Source of the DNA: Archaeoglobi archaeon JdFR-42
Lineage (GTDB): Archaea > Halobacteriota > Archaeoglobi > Archaeoglobales > JdFR-42
Assembly: GCA_002010305.1 (NCBI GenBank)
Contig: MTND01000026.1
Location: 78,236-142,235 of the forward strand
Reading direction: 5' to 3'
DNA length: 64,000 nt
This document shows, piece by piece, positions 10,882 to 21,706 of the stretch. The position numbers and the translations under genes are program-made. The notes under the pieces were generated by a model. The model saw only the letters and a list, made by a program, of their open reading frames with translations. It did no database searches and was not told the DNA's origin. Each line of letters opens with the position of its first letter. Position 1 is the stretch's first letter.

Positions 10882-11409
10882 ATGGACAGATTTGAGTTCA
10901 GACTTGCCGGCTCGGGAGGGCAAGGTCTCATTCTTGCTGGTGTTATAATCGCAGAGGCAGCAGTGATGGAGGGTAAGAACGCAGTACAGACACAATCCTA
11001 CGGAGCGGCTTCTCGAGGGGGATCCAGCATGTCTGAGGTAGTGATCAGTGATGGTGAAATTGATTTTCCAGAGGCACTTAATCCAGATGTTTTTCTTTCC
11101 ATGACACAGCAATCTTACGAGTTATATTATAAGGAAGTAAAGGAGGATGGAATTATAGTGGTAGACAGTGATCTCGTCAAGGATGTCAAAGATACGGAGG
11201 TAAAAGTGGTAAATGTTCCAATTACCAGAATCGCTAGAGACGTTGGAAAAGCTATCGTAGCGAATATAGTCGCCATTGGAGTTCTTACCTCTCTGACCAA
11301 TGTTGTTGATAAAGAAATAGTAGAAAAAGCGGTTCTTGCCAGGGTCCCAAAAGGGACCGAGATTCTTAACAGGAAGGCTCTTCAGGCTGGGTTTGAGTCT
11401 GTAAGGTGA
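10882..11409 (+). CDS. korG: 2-oxoglutarate:ferredoxin oxidoreductase gamma subunit
   Basis: 175 aa with 'GSGGQGLILAG', typical of OFOR gamma subunits. Confidence 0.88.
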   Translation: MDRFEFRLAGSGGQGLILAGVIIAEAAVMEGKNAVQTQSYGAASRGGSSMSEVVISDGEIDFPEALNPDVFLSMTQQSYELYYKEVKEDGIIVVDSDLVKDVKDTEVKVVNVPITRIARDVGKAIVANIVAIGVLTSLTNVVDKEIVEKAVLARVPKGTEILNRKALQAGFESVR

Positions 11410-11413
11410 TCCT

Positions 11414-12541
11414 ATGAAACTCCATGAATACGAGGCGAAAAAAATCTTTAAGGATGCTGGAATACCTGTTCCTGATGGAAAAGTTGTGTTTTCTTCCAGC
11501 GAGGCGAAAAAATTTGCTGAAAGTTGTGGAAAATCTCTGGTAGCCAAGGCACAGGTTAAAGTAGGTGGGCGAGGGAAAGCTGGGGGAATTAAGTTTCCAG
11601 AGAATCCAGAAGAGACCGGGAAAGTTACTTCAGAACTTCTGAGAATGAAAATCAAGGGAGAGGCTGTTGAGGCTGTTTTGCTGGAAGAGAGAGTGGACAT
11701 CAATAAAGAGCTGTACCTTGGGTTTGTAGTAGATAGAGGAAGCAAAAACATAGTATGTATCGTCAGTTCTATGGGAGGAGTTGACATTGAGGAGGTGGCA
11801 AAGAGTCATCCTGATAAAGTCTCAAGGATATACGTAGACCCCCGAATTGGTTTGATGGATTTCCAGCTCAGGAACCTCTTTTTGAAAATTGGATTGGAAT
11901 CCGACATTATGAGACAGGCAATATCTATTGCAAAAAAACTCTACAATGTGTTTGTATCCTTTGATTCGGAACTATGTGAGATAAATCCTCTTGTAGTGAC
12001 TGGAGATAGAAAACTTATAGCTGCAGATGCCGTGCTGAATATCGACGATAATGCTCTTTTCAGGCATCTTGAATTTGAAAAGGTAGATGATTCACCAGAA
12101 TACCGAGCCAGAAAAGCGGGATTGAGCTATGTAGAACTGGATGGTGATATTGGCATCATAGGAAATGGGGCTGGATTGGTGATGGCAACCCTTGATCTGG
12201 TGCATTTCAGTGGAGGGGAACCTGCCAATTTTTGTGATGTTGGTGGTGGCGCCCGAGCAGATAGAATCAGTCTTGCTTTAAATCTGATTCTTGAAAAAAA
12301 AGGTATTAAAGCGATCTTGATCAACATATTCGGTGGTATTACCAGATGTGACGAAGTAGCCAAGGGACTGATCGATGCTTTTGAGCAACTCCAGCTAGAT
12401 CTTAATAAAATTCCCATTGTGGTGAGGCTTGCAGGGACAAACAGAGAAGAAGGATTGAAAATTCTTTCCAAACTGAATCTCATAACAGTTGATACCATGG
12501 AAGAGGCTGCAAAAAAAGTTGTTATAGAAGCGAGGAGATAA
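11414..12541 (+). CDS. sucC: Succinyl-CoA synthetase beta subunit
   Basis: 375 aa with the N-terminal '[12 protein letters not shown]', an ATP-grasp domain and '[13 protein letters not shown]'. Confidence 0.94.
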   Translation: MKLHEYEAKKIFKDAGIPVPDGKVVFSSSEAKKFAESCGKSLVAKAQVKVGGRGKAGGIKFPENPEETGKVTSELLRMKIKGEAVEAVLLEERVDINKELYLGFVVDRGSKNIVCIVSSMGGVDIEEVAKSHPDKVSRIYVDPRIGLMDFQLRNLFLKIGLESDIMRQAISIAKKLYNVFVSFDSELCEINPLVVTGDRKLIAADAVLNIDDNALFRHLEFEKVDDSPEYRARKAGLSYVELDGDIGIIGNGAGLVMATLDLVHFSGGEPANFCDVGGGARADRISLALNLILEKKGIKAILINIFGGITRCDEVAKGLIDAFEQLQLDLNKIPIVVRLAGTNREEGLKILSKLNLITVDTMEEAAKKVVIEARR

Positions 12542-12543
12542 AC

Positions 12544-13410
12544 ATGAGTATACTAGTGGATAAAAATACAAGGGTGGTTGTTCAGGGCATTACCGGTAGA
12601 GAGGGTAGTTTTCATACCAGCCAAATGATTGAATACGGCACCAATATTGTGGCTGGGGTGACTCCCGGGAAAGGAGGAGGAGAAATCCATGGAGTGCCTG
12701 TATATGATACAGTAGAACAGGCTGTACAAGAACGCGATGCAAACTGTTCCATCATTTTTGTTCCTGCTCCATTCGCGGGTGATGCGATTCTCGAAGCTGC
12801 TTACAGTGGTATAGAGCTCATAGTAACCATAACCGAAGGAATTCCAGTCCATGATATGCTAAAAGTATGCAAAATCATAGACAGTATGGGCGTGACTCTG
12901 ATTGGACCAAATTGTCCCGGAGTGATAACCCCTGAAGAGGTAAAAGTTGGCATAATGCCAGGGTATATATTCAAAAAAGGTCCAGTTGGAGTCGTATCAA
13001 GAAGTGGAACCCTAACGTACCAGATAGTAGATGAACTGACCCAGAGAGAAATTGGCCAGAGTACCTGCATAGGAATAGGAGGAGATCCAATCATAGGTAC
13101 GAATTTTATAGAAATCCTTGAAAAATTCGAGAACGATGAGGAAACAGAGGCTGTCGTACTCATAGGTGAGATAGGTGGCAGTGATGAAGAAAATGCTGCT
13201 AAATTTATCCAGAAAGAGATGAGTAAACCCGTAGTGGCATTCATCGCAGGGATCACAGCTCCTCCTGAAAAACGAATGGGGCATGCTGGAGCTATAATTT
13301 CCAGAGGGAAAGGAGATGCTAAATCCAAGATTGCAGCATTGACTGATGCAGGAATAAAGGTTGGAAAAACCCCAGGAGAAGTAGGAGACCTCGTGGAACG
13401 GTTATTTTAG
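12544..13410 (+). CDS. sucD: Succinyl-CoA synthetase alpha subunit
   Basis: 288 aa with '[12 protein letters not shown]', 'SRSGTLTYQ' and the phosphohistidine loop 'GHAGAII'. Confidence 0.95.
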   Translation: MSILVDKNTRVVVQGITGREGSFHTSQMIEYGTNIVAGVTPGKGGGEIHGVPVYDTVEQAVQERDANCSIIFVPAPFAGDAILEAAYSGIELIVTITEGIPVHDMLKVCKIIDSMGVTLIGPNCPGVITPEEVKVGIMPGYIFKKGPVGVVSRSGTLTYQIVDELTQREIGQSTCIGIGGDPIIGTNFIEILEKFENDEETEAVVLIGEIGGSDEENAAKFIQKEMSKPVVAFIAGITAPPEKRMGHAGAIISRGKGDAKSKIAALTDAGIKVGKTPGEVGDLVERLF

Positions 13411-13432
13411 TCTCTCATGATTAAAGATAATG

Positions 13433-13439
13433 TTTTTTT
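13433..13439 (+). terminator. Oligo-T tract after sucD
   Basis: A T7 run lies 23 nt downstream of the sucD stop. This is the archaeal intrinsic-terminator style. Confidence 0.35.
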
Positions 13440-13485
13440 AAAAAAATATAAGTAAAAAAGAGGTAAATCATTGGAGGGTGGTATT

Positions 13486-14349
13486 ATGGATGAAAGAGTT
13501 GATGAAATTATCAAAGGTGCCTATGACTGCCATATTCATGGTGGTCCTGATGTAATCCCAAGAAAGCTGGATGTAGTGGAAGTGGCCAGAGAGGCCAAAG
13601 AAGCTGGTATGGCTGGAGTTTTACTGGTTTCCCATGTTACCAACACAGCAGATGAGGCAGCAATAGTCTCTAAAGTTGTACCTGGGATCGAGGTTCTCGG
13701 CATTCAGGTACTGAATTACTATACCGGTGGTCTTAATCCAGAAGCAGTTACAACAGCTCTGAAATTGGGGGCAAGAAGAATTGCCATGCCCTCGATTTCC
13801 GCTGCCAATCATTTTGAGCATGAAGGGAAAAACCCAGAAGATGGAATATCCGTGCTGGACGGGAAGGGTGAACTTAAAGAAGTGGTTCTTGAAATAATAA
13901 ACATCGTGGCAGACTGGGAAGGGCCTGTTGCCCTTACAACTGGTCATCTGTATCCCCATGAATCCGAAATTTTTGTGTCTGAAGCCATTAAAGCTGGAGT
14001 TAAGAATGTTGTTGTGACTCATCCGGAATGGAATCTCGTTAACATGTCTGTAGAACTTCAGAAAGAACTTGCAAAGAAAGGAGCTTACTTTGAGAGATGT
14101 CTATACGCCACCACAGAAATGGGAGGAAATCTTGACCCACAGGTAGTGATAGACCAGATAAGAGAGGTGGGTTTAGAGTCTACAATCTTTTCAACAGACT
14201 TTGGTCAGGTACCGAATCCAAAACCGGTTGATGGCATGAAATCGTTCATTGATCTCATGCTTAAGAGTGGCTTTTCGGAAAAGGATATAGATGTGGTAAT
14301 CAAAGAGAACCCGAAAAAAGTATTCGGATTCGGGCAGGATAATGAGTAA
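13486..14349 (+). CDS. Predicted TIM-barrel metal-dependent hydrolase (amidohydrolase-like), function unknown
   Basis: The N-terminal 'CHIHGGPD' is a metal-binding-like motif. I chose the ATG at 13486, which is preceded by 'GGAGGGTGG'. Confidence 0.45.
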   Translation: MDERVDEIIKGAYDCHIHGGPDVIPRKLDVVEVAREAKEAGMAGVLLVSHVTNTADEAAIVSKVVPGIEVLGIQVLNYYTGGLNPEAVTTALKLGARRIAMPSISAANHFEHEGKNPEDGISVLDGKGELKEVVLEIINIVADWEGPVALTTGHLYPHESEIFVSEAIKAGVKNVVVTHPEWNLVNMSVELQKELAKKGAYFERCLYATTEMGGNLDPQVVIDQIREVGLESTIFSTDFGQVPNPKPVDGMKSFIDLMLKSGFSEKDIDVVIKENPKKVFGFGQDNE

Positions 14350-14355
14350 GCCCTC

Positions 14356-14367
14356 TTTCTTTTTTTT
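14356..14367 (+). terminator. Oligo-T tract
   Basis: 'TTTCTTTTTTTT' follows immediately after the stop at 14349. Confidence 0.4.
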
Positions 14368-14495
14368 ATTGCTTGACATTGTTTGAATGGTTTTTTATGT
14401 ATAATCTATCCAGAGGATTGTAAGTATTCATAACTACTTGTTCATTATTTATTATTGGAAAATTTTTAATAGATGTAATAATAAACAACCTATTA

Positions 14496-15185
14496 ATGTT
14501 CATGAATCAGGTATTCGGATGGATAGGGGTTCTTCTTTTTGGTCTTTCTGTGTTTAATCTCAGTATATTCCTCCATCCTGATAGAGATCCCATAAAACAG
14601 TATGTTAGCAGAAAAATCCGAGTGGCTGTATCCTACACACTGTTACTTCTATATTCACTTATTTTTATTGGTGTCATAAGTGTACTAACCCTTCTTTATC
14701 CCTCCACTACAAGCACATTTCTTAGATATCTGGGTTCCCTAGTTCTTGCCATGGCCTTGATTGTGATGAACGGACACCTCGCATACAATCTTGTCAAAGA
14801 AGGTTTTAAACCAGAAATCACAGAAGACTTCCTCCGGGTGCTGATGTATGTGGCTATCATATTCCTTATTGAAGAAAAAATGAAATTTTATACGGTTCCA
14901 ATTGAGATTGTATTTCCTTTCCTCCTTGTCATATTGCTGTATTTCACAGTCAGTCTTTTTAGATATTCAGAAATAATATCAATGATCGTGGAGCCAGTGG
15001 ATCTATATATGTCAGGTCTGGGTGTCAGGATTTTCTCCATCCTTATCGCAGCAGATTTTATAGGAATGTTTTGGAACCAGATGAGTATGTTTCATTTGTT
15101 ATTTGCTTTTTTTGTTCTTATATACGTAGCCTACTATACTACACAAAACCTCAGACCATTGGTTAGCCAAAAAACAACAGGATGA
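14496..15185 (+). CDS. Multi-pass membrane protein, unknown family (paralog of 57580..58257)
   Basis: 229 aa, highly hydrophobic. The C-terminal half is roughly 50% identical by eye to the ORF at 57580..58257 (compare 'LVKEGFKPE..FL..L.Y.AII.L..EKM' and 'DLY..GLG.R.FSIL'). Confidence 0.7.
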   Translation: MFMNQVFGWIGVLLFGLSVFNLSIFLHPDRDPIKQYVSRKIRVAVSYTLLLLYSLIFIGVISVLTLLYPSTTSTFLRYLGSLVLAMALIVMNGHLAYNLVKEGFKPEITEDFLRVLMYVAIIFLIEEKMKFYTVPIEIVFPFLLVILLYFTVSLFRYSEIISMIVEPVDLYMSGLGVRIFSILIAADFIGMFWNQMSMFHLLFAFFVLIYVAYYTTQNLRPLVSQKTTG

Positions 15186-15285
15186 TGACCCCAGCATCTT
15201 TGATTTGCAATATTGTCAATGTAAATTGACAAATTGTAACTCTGCGAGATATAATATTATCGCTTCTCTATGATGGCTTTTGAGT

Positions 15286-15714
15286 CTATTCTATCTGTTT
15301 TTCTTTAAGTTTTTGCTCCAATTCCCTGTCAAGAAGAGCCAGTATCCTTAACGCGAGATATGCAGCATTCTTACCATTATCAATCCCGACACCTCCAACC
15401 GGTATACCAGAAGGCATCTGGATTATAGAGAGCAGAGCATCAATTCCCAGCAGACTGGCACTTACTGGAACCCCAATAACAGGCTTTGAAGTTATAGAAG
15501 CTATGACTCCAGGTAAGGCTGCTGACAGACCCGCGATTGCAATGAACACCTTTGCATCTGAATTAATAACATATTCCCTGAGCTCTTCAGGATTTCTGTG
15601 AGCAGAAAGGATGCGCACTTCATAGCTCACCCCGTAATCGTCCAGAACCTGAGTAGTTTTTTCAGCAATTTTTTCATCAGAAGCAGAACCCATAATTACA
15701 CTTATATCAGGCAT
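15286..15714 (-). CDS. purE: N5-carboxyaminoimidazole ribonucleotide mutase / AIR carboxylase catalytic subunit
   Basis: 'VIMGSASD', 'SAHRNP' and '[11 protein letters not shown]' are present. I chose the start at 'MPDISVIMG' (15714). Confidence 0.9.
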   Translation of the reverse strand: MPDISVIMGSASDEKIAEKTTQVLDDYGVSYEVRILSAHRNPEELREYVINSDAKVFIAIAGLSAALPGVIASITSKPVIGVPVSASLLGIDALLSIIQMPSGIPVGGVGIDNGKNAAYLALRILALLDRELEQKLKEKQIE

Positions 15715-16269
15715 ATTAAGATAGAAGTGTGTTATTGATAAAAATCTTTTGATAACAGGCAAGACTTCAGTGAAAGTCTTTTTGATTTCCAGCATACATT
15801 TCTATCAAACAATCGTAGAGCCTTTAGAATCTACGTTCCAGGGTGATACAAATTTTTTAAGGGATATATGTGCCCATGTACAACCCAGCCCATTACAAGA
15901 CTACAAAAAATATTCCGCTTGACATAGTTCGGTAAAATTTATAACCCTCACAATATCTATAAATCCAATTTCAATCTTCATGCTCCGATAACCATATTTG
16001 CCAGAAACTCATTTAACTCCACTCTAAAGACATCTAAAGGTTCTACTAAATCAGAGGGGGAGATAACGTAAATATGGCAGTCATTTTAACTTTTGCAGGA
16101 ATTATCTTCATAACTAGGGATGACATGAAGAGCATATTGGTATTGAAAGGTAGCAGAGGGGAAGCTGGATAATTCTCAAGTAAAAAACTCAAAAACTCAG
16201 GGAAAGATAGATGAAGACTTTCCTTTTATTATAAACGATTTTGGTGTGGAGTTGATACAATCCCACCGA

Positions 16270-18594
16270 TTAACTCACTATCTCCTTGGTCACTTTCTCT
16301 ATTTCCATCGTATGGATATACATGATCCCAGGAATGAGAGAGACAAACAGAACCACCATAACAAGAATAATTGTTAACACATAGGTTATTGGATAGATTA
16401 CAAAGGGTATGGAATATAATTCACTCTGAAAAGAATTAAGGAATACCCGAGCAGAGAGATGCCCTAGTGGTAATCCTACTACAATACCACCGAGCCCAAG
16501 GAGAAAATTCTCGATAACTAGCGTATATGCCAGCTCTTTTGTAGTATACCCGAGCATTTTCAGAGTGGCTATCTCTCTCCTCCTCTCCAGAATGTTCACC
16601 GTTGTTGTATTAAAAATAGAGGCAAAACCCAGAGATGCTCCAAAGAATAGTGAGAAGAAGATAAATATATAAAAGAAGGACATGAGCTCTAAAATATCTT
16701 CTTCAATATCTTCAATCAGATCAACTCGAAGAACCTCTTTATATTTTTCAAGTCTGCTTTTAACTTCTTCCCTTGCGTCAGGGTCTACATTCAGTATAAC
16801 TCCATTAAAACCTTTAATTCCCAATATTTTTTGCAATTCATCCAGATTAGCATAGCTTACTGGGGTTAATGGTATCTGAATTATATCGTAGACTTCAGCC
16901 TTTCTTATACCAAATTCAGTAAGAAACTCCACTTTCTCCTGCCTAACTATGCTCAGATTAGATGAGATTAGTTCTGGCAAAATCAGCCCTTCAGGTGGTG
17001 GCATATGAATATTCCCTCTATCATCGTAGATTTTGTATAAATTTTGATATTCCAGCCCGATAAGGCTTATTGACTTCGAATTTCCACCTCTTTCAATCAA
17101 AATCCATGTATTTATCAAAGGATAGGCTTCTTTAACCCCTTTCAAAGATTTTATCTCCTTTAAAAGACTTTCATTAACGTATCCATTGAATTTGACATCC
17201 ATATCGTATGCCAGTACCTTGTTGAACTGCAAATCCAGAGCCTGATCCATTGAATCCAAGAATACCATGGATGATAGTATCAACACTATACTCGCTATTA
17301 CACTGAAAGTGGAGTATGCTGTCCTTTTTTTATTTCTGAATAGGTTCCTTATTGAAAGTCTAACCAGCACTGGCAATTTAGAGAATCTCTTGACATCAAT
17401 ACCCCTGAATGTTTGTTCAGAATACCCTTTCAGCCCGTAGAGAATCTCAAGCTCTGCTGCGTGTTTCGCTGCTATGAAGCCTGATATCAAAGGTATTGTA
17501 AGACCGGCAATAAACCCATAAGCCATTACATCATAATGGACTTTTGTCAGATAAAATGGAATATTGAGAATGGCTGTATACTGAGCTGTCAATACAATCG
17601 CAGATAAGTGGCCTACAACAACCCCAACAGCTGAGCCTGATACTCCTATGAATAAGGAGTGTTTCAGGTAGTGCTGGAGTATTGTCTGCTTACTCACTCC
17701 TAGAGCTCTTAACACTGCTATATTGCCACTCTGGGATCTAATCAGTCTTGTAAGGAGGACATATACTGCAAATACAGAAATCAGCAAAAAGAAGGAAGGA
17801 AATAAAATCGATAGCTCTTTAAATCCATCCAGATCCATCTTCAACAGTTTATTGCTGGGCTGATCTTCAACTGTGTAGTAGTTTATTACAGTATACGGTC
17901 TGAGAATCTTCAGTGCTCTATTCAATATTTCATCTCTTGATCTCTTGTCATACACTGTAATCTTCACTTCGTTTATTTCATCTTTGTATCCAAACTCTTC
18001 TAGCATCTTCTGTGGAACATAAGCAATGCCAAATGTTCTTGGAGTAGTTATGAACTCACTCTCTTCAACTACCCAGATGAATTCAGGACTATAAACCAGC
18101 CCAGATACTTCTAACCTCACCTCCCCACCATTTATATTGATGTGTATCACATCCCCTACTCTGATATCATGGTAATCTGCAAATTTCTTCAGTAGGAGGA
18201 CTGATTTGGAATTCTTTGCCATGTAGTTTCCTTCAACCACTACCAGCTTATCCACCCTTGGCTGTTCGTCAGGAATCGAAATAAGTTTTAAAACAGCTCT
18301 TTGATTCTGAATGGTGATGAAACCTTTCAGAGAGATCCTTCCCTCTACCTCTTTAATTCCATTGATTTTCTTTATTTCTTTGACTATATCTTCTGGAGCT
18401 CTATTAAAATTAATAGAAATATCTTCAAAATCTGTTTGCTCGTAAAAATAATTGTATGTTTCCTGTAAATTCATATAGGACATATAAAAGGATGAGAATA
18501 TTGCGATCCCGAGAAATATGATAAAGGTAACTGCCAGGAACATTCCCTTTCGGGCTTTAATGTCTCTTATAACTTTTAAATTCAACGTGTTCAT
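16270..18594 (-). CDS. ABC transporter permease, MacB/FtsX type with duplicated FtsX modules
   Basis: 774 aa. It contains two large extracytoplasmic loops, each followed by an FtsX-type TM bundle, and is adjacent to a MacB/LolD-type ATPase. Confidence 0.88.
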   Translation of the reverse strand: MNTLNLKVIRDIKARKGMFLAVTFIIFLGIAIFSSFYMSYMNLQETYNYFYEQTDFEDISINFNRAPEDIVKEIKKINGIKEVEGRISLKGFITIQNQRAVLKLISIPDEQPRVDKLVVVEGNYMAKNSKSVLLLKKFADYHDIRVGDVIHININGGEVRLEVSGLVYSPEFIWVVEESEFITTPRTFGIAYVPQKMLEEFGYKDEINEVKITVYDKRSRDEILNRALKILRPYTVINYYTVEDQPSNKLLKMDLDGFKELSILFPSFFLLISVFAVYVLLTRLIRSQSGNIAVLRALGVSKQTILQHYLKHSLFIGVSGSAVGVVVGHLSAIVLTAQYTAILNIPFYLTKVHYDVMAYGFIAGLTIPLISGFIAAKHAAELEILYGLKGYSEQTFRGIDVKRFSKLPVLVRLSIRNLFRNKKRTAYSTFSVIASIVLILSSMVFLDSMDQALDLQFNKVLAYDMDVKFNGYVNESLLKEIKSLKGVKEAYPLINTWILIERGGNSKSISLIGLEYQNLYKIYDDRGNIHMPPPEGLILPELISSNLSIVRQEKVEFLTEFGIRKAEVYDIIQIPLTPVSYANLDELQKILGIKGFNGVILNVDPDAREEVKSRLEKYKEVLRVDLIEDIEEDILELMSFFYIFIFFSLFFGASLGFASIFNTTTVNILERRREIATLKMLGYTTKELAYTLVIENFLLGLGGIVVGLPLGHLSARVFLNSFQSELYSIPFVIYPITYVLTIILVMVVLFVSLIPGIMYIHTMEIEKVTKEIVS

Positions 18595-18597
18595 AAC

Positions 18598-19293
18598 TCA
18601 CCATCGGAGTTCATCAGCATCCACAGGAGTCTCATTTTCAACTATTTTGTCTATCCTTCCGTCTTTCAGATAAATCACCCTGTCCGCCATACTAGCAATA
18701 ACTGAATTGTGTGTGACAAGAATAATGGTTATACCTTCTTTCTCATTTATCTCCCTCATAACTTTCAATACTTCTTTTCCTGTTTCAAAATCCAGACTTC
18801 CTGTAGGCTCGTCTGCTAGAATTAATGGGGGTTTTTTTACCAGTGCCCTTGCAATAGCAACCCTCTGCTGTTCACCACCACTTAACTCTGAGGGAAAGTG
18901 ATCTGCTCGTTTCCTCAATCCAACTATACCCAGAACTTCCTCAACATCCATAGGCTCTTTAACTAATTCCGCAGCAATCATTACATTTTCTCTTGCAGTT
19001 AAAGTCGGTATCAGGTTGAAAAACTGAAATATAAAACCTATATTCCTTCTTCTGTGTAGAGTCAGGTCATTTTCACTCAATTTTGAGATATCTAACCCGT
19101 TAAAAACAACTCTACCTTTTGTTGGTACATCTATTCCTCCAATTATATTCAGTAGAGTGGTTTTGCCGGATCCCGATGGCCCAAGAACCACCACAAATTC
19201 CTTTTTACCTAATTCCAAATTAACCTCTTTCAGGGCCACTACATCTACAACACCCATTCTGTAGATCTTCCACACATCATCCAGCTTCAGCAT
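18598..19293 (-). CDS. ABC transporter ATP-binding protein (MacB/LolD type)
   Basis: 231 aa with Walker A 'GPSGSGKTT', signature 'LSGGEQQR' and Walker B 'LILADEPT'. Confidence 0.95.
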   Translation of the reverse strand: MLKLDDVWKIYRMGVVDVVALKEVNLELGKKEFVVVLGPSGSGKTTLLNIIGGIDVPTKGRVVFNGLDISKLSENDLTLHRRRNIGFIFQFFNLIPTLTARENVMIAAELVKEPMDVEEVLGIVGLRKRADHFPSELSGGEQQRVAIARALVKKPPLILADEPTGSLDFETGKEVLKVMREINEKEGITIILVTHNSVIASMADRVIYLKDGRIDKIVENETPVDADELRW

Positions 19294-20787
19294 CTATTTC
19301 TTCCTCGTTCTCCAGTAGTAAAACACACCCAGTATAGCCAATAGCGCAATAGCAGGATACATCCACGAATAGCTTTTTGGAAAGACGTAGATACTGAATT
19401 CTTCAACAATTTCGTACTTCTCAAACCGGGAATCCATGTAACTTACAACCGCTTTAATGTTATGTTTTCCGGCATCTCCAGCCTTTAATTCAAAGGTTGC
19501 TGTAGCCGAGTCACCGCTTTCCAGGCTCCCTATAAAGTAACTCTCCCTTCCTTCAAATCCGTCTGGTAGAAGAAGTTTAACGCTAACTGCCTTAGCATCC
19601 TGATTTCCGCTATTTTCAATTTGCAGTGAAAGTTTAAACATGTCTTCAGGATTGATTGCCTGCGGAGAAGTATATACTCCTGCGATGTCCAAGCTTATAA
19701 TTCCAAGACTACTCACAAAGACCGGGAACTCATAGGACTCATAATATTTATCCCCATGAGAGCTCTCATATTCCACATACAGAGTAAAGAGATGGCTTCC
19801 ACTGGCAGTATTTTTTTCAGCTTTGAGAGTAAACCCTTCTTCTATGACATTATCTCTGCTCAGACTGCCCAAGAATTTCTCTCTTTCTCCGAAAAATACC
19901 TCTGGAAAGTCCAGTCTGGCTTTTATATTCTTAGCTTCATCTGTTCCCACATTTTCAAGGGAAACGTTCAACACAAATTCAGAGTCTGGATAGATTCTTT
20001 CAGGAGTTAATGAGAAACCTGATAAAACTAGCCTTGGATTTCCGTAAATTTCCAGAGCCACAGGGATTTCATCAGTATACTTGTTACCGAATTCATCATT
20101 ATAGCTAATTTTCACCATTAGTGTGTAAGCACCAACTTTTACCTCTCCATCCACTATAAGCTGGACTGGCACATTCCTTTCCTCACCTGAATTCCATCTT
20201 TCAACAACCATATTAGGACTGGCAACAACACCTTTTGGAGTTTCAAAGCTTATGGTTACATCTCTGGCATTACCTCCTGCATTTCTTATCATAAGATCAA
20301 CAATTTTACTTTCCGATGGTTTTATCACCACATCTCCTCCCACCACAAAACTGGGTTTATCAGCCACGATAATTGCAATGGTAGTATCAATTTCTGAAAC
20401 GAGTTTTCCAGTATTGCTTGTAAAACCTGAATCGTCACTGAAATAATTGTATTTCAACTTTAACTTTAATTGATAAATTCCAGACTCTTTTGCAAAAATT
20501 TTGAAAGTCGCAGAAGTAGCTCCAGCGGATAGATCACCTAGATCCAGATGTAATCTTGATACTTCTTTATTTTTGTCTATAAGGGCAAGGTTGTCTTCTT
20601 CTTCGTAAATCTCTAGTTCAATATTTCTGGCATAACTTCCTGAATTTGTTAAATCTACACTCAAAATGAAATAGCCCACAGACGGATTTTCAGGCACAGT
20701 GTGATGATCCACTGTTATAACTGGCTGTCCCGATGCCTCCCACATTAAAAAAACTAGGATTAAAATCGCCCATACCAATTTTCTCAT
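19294..20787 (-). CDS. Secreted repeat beta-sandwich (CARDB/COG1361 S-layer-like) protein with a C-terminal TM anchor
   Basis: 497 aa. It has an N-terminal signal peptide, repeated segments of about 100 aa of the form 'N.G...A.NV.....' and a C-terminal 'YPAIALLAILGVFYYWRTRKK'. Confidence 0.6.
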   Translation of the reverse strand: MRKLVWAILILVFLMWEASGQPVITVDHHTVPENPSVGYFILSVDLTNSGSYARNIELEIYEEEDNLALIDKNKEVSRLHLDLGDLSAGATSATFKIFAKESGIYQLKLKLKYNYFSDDSGFTSNTGKLVSEIDTTIAIIVADKPSFVVGGDVVIKPSESKIVDLMIRNAGGNARDVTISFETPKGVVASPNMVVERWNSGEERNVPVQLIVDGEVKVGAYTLMVKISYNDEFGNKYTDEIPVALEIYGNPRLVLSGFSLTPERIYPDSEFVLNVSLENVGTDEAKNIKARLDFPEVFFGEREKFLGSLSRDNVIEEGFTLKAEKNTASGSHLFTLYVEYESSHGDKYYESYEFPVFVSSLGIISLDIAGVYTSPQAINPEDMFKLSLQIENSGNQDAKAVSVKLLLPDGFEGRESYFIGSLESGDSATATFELKAGDAGKHNIKAVVSYMDSRFEKYEIVEEFSIYVFPKSYSWMYPAIALLAILGVFYYWRTRKK

Positions 20788-21365
20788 TTTTTCAACCTCC
20801 TGCTTTTTATGAAATCTAGAATGATGCTTTCAAAATCTTCTATTTTACCCAGATCCATGAAAGTGGAATATATAGCCAGCCCATCAAGCAATGCCATCAG
20901 AACAATAGCCGTTTTATCTGGATCTTCTACTTCTTCTCTAGTAAGCAACTCCGAAAGAGTTCTCATAAATCCTTTGAAAAAATTTTCAATAAACTCAGGA
21001 TCTCCCGAATGGATCTCTTTCTCGTACACGTACTGCCAGAATCTGACAAGGGCTGGATTTTCAGCCGCTATCCTGAGACTGGTATGTACCACATCTGTTA
21101 TGTTATCTATACCGAATCCAAAATATTTCTGAATAGAATAAATTAAAGTCTCTTTCTCCAAATTGTCCTTGGTTTTAAAATGATAGAAAATAACCCCTTT
21201 AGAAACCCCTGCTAATTTCGCAATATCATTGACTGCGACCTTATGTATAGGCTTCATCGTATATATTTGGAGGGCAGCTTCGAGTATCTTCTCTTTCACA
21301 CTGACTGACTGGTCAGTCAATTTATTTATAGTTTCGGTTACAGTCAAAGTAAATTTCTTGTTCAA
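20784..21365 (-). CDS. TetR-family transcriptional regulator
   Basis: 193 aa with the HTH 'VNDIAKLAGVSKGVIFYHFKTKDNL'. It has a TTG start and its stop overlaps the downstream gene start as ATGA. Confidence 0.85.
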   Translation of the reverse strand: MNKKFTLTVTETINKLTDQSVSVKEKILEAALQIYTMKPIHKVAVNDIAKLAGVSKGVIFYHFKTKDNLEKETLIYSIQKYFGFGIDNITDVVHTSLRIAAENPALVRFWQYVYEKEIHSGDPEFIENFFKGFMRTLSELLTREEVEDPDKTAIVLMALLDGLAIYSTFMDLGKIEDFESIILDFIKSRRLKK

Positions 21366-21505
21366 AGCCAGGATGAGAGTAGTTCTTCAATGATTCTTCC
21401 AGCTCTATTAATTTCCTTAAAAAGTGCTCGCTGTTATCAAGCTACTCTAGAATGAACAAGACCATAATTGTTAAATAGGCTTAGAATGAAGTAATGTCCT
21501 GCCTT

Positions 21506-21577
21506 GCGCCGGTAGTGTAGCGGCTATCACTGAGCCCTGCCACGGCTCCGACCCGGGTTCAAATCCCGGCCGGCGCA
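21506..21577 (+). tRNA. tRNA-Gly (anticodon GCC)
   Basis: A cloverleaf was read by eye. The acceptor stem is GCGCCGG/CCGGCGC, the anticodon loop is CTGCCAC, the T arm is CCGGGTTCAAATCCCGG, the discriminator is A, and no CCA is encoded. Confidence 0.95.
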
Positions 21578-21706
21578 TCTTTTGTTTTAATTAAATTATC
21601 CATTCGATTACACGATCTTTTCCTCAAGATGAAGATAAAATCTAGTCGAATTGGCAGAGTACATGGATAAAATTATTAGCTTTATCTCTCTAAAGGAATA
21701 AGAAGG

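Noticed and set aside
11122-11787. A 221-aa ORF antisense to the korG/sucC junction. Similar long antisense ORFs occur at 12801..13328, 27840..28451, 50979..51506, 51884..52417 and 4433..4900.
   Set aside because: Each lies fully within a strongly supported gene on the other strand. Their translations are low-complexity (Ser/Pro/Ile/Phe-rich) with no recognisable motifs, so they are typical shadow ORFs.
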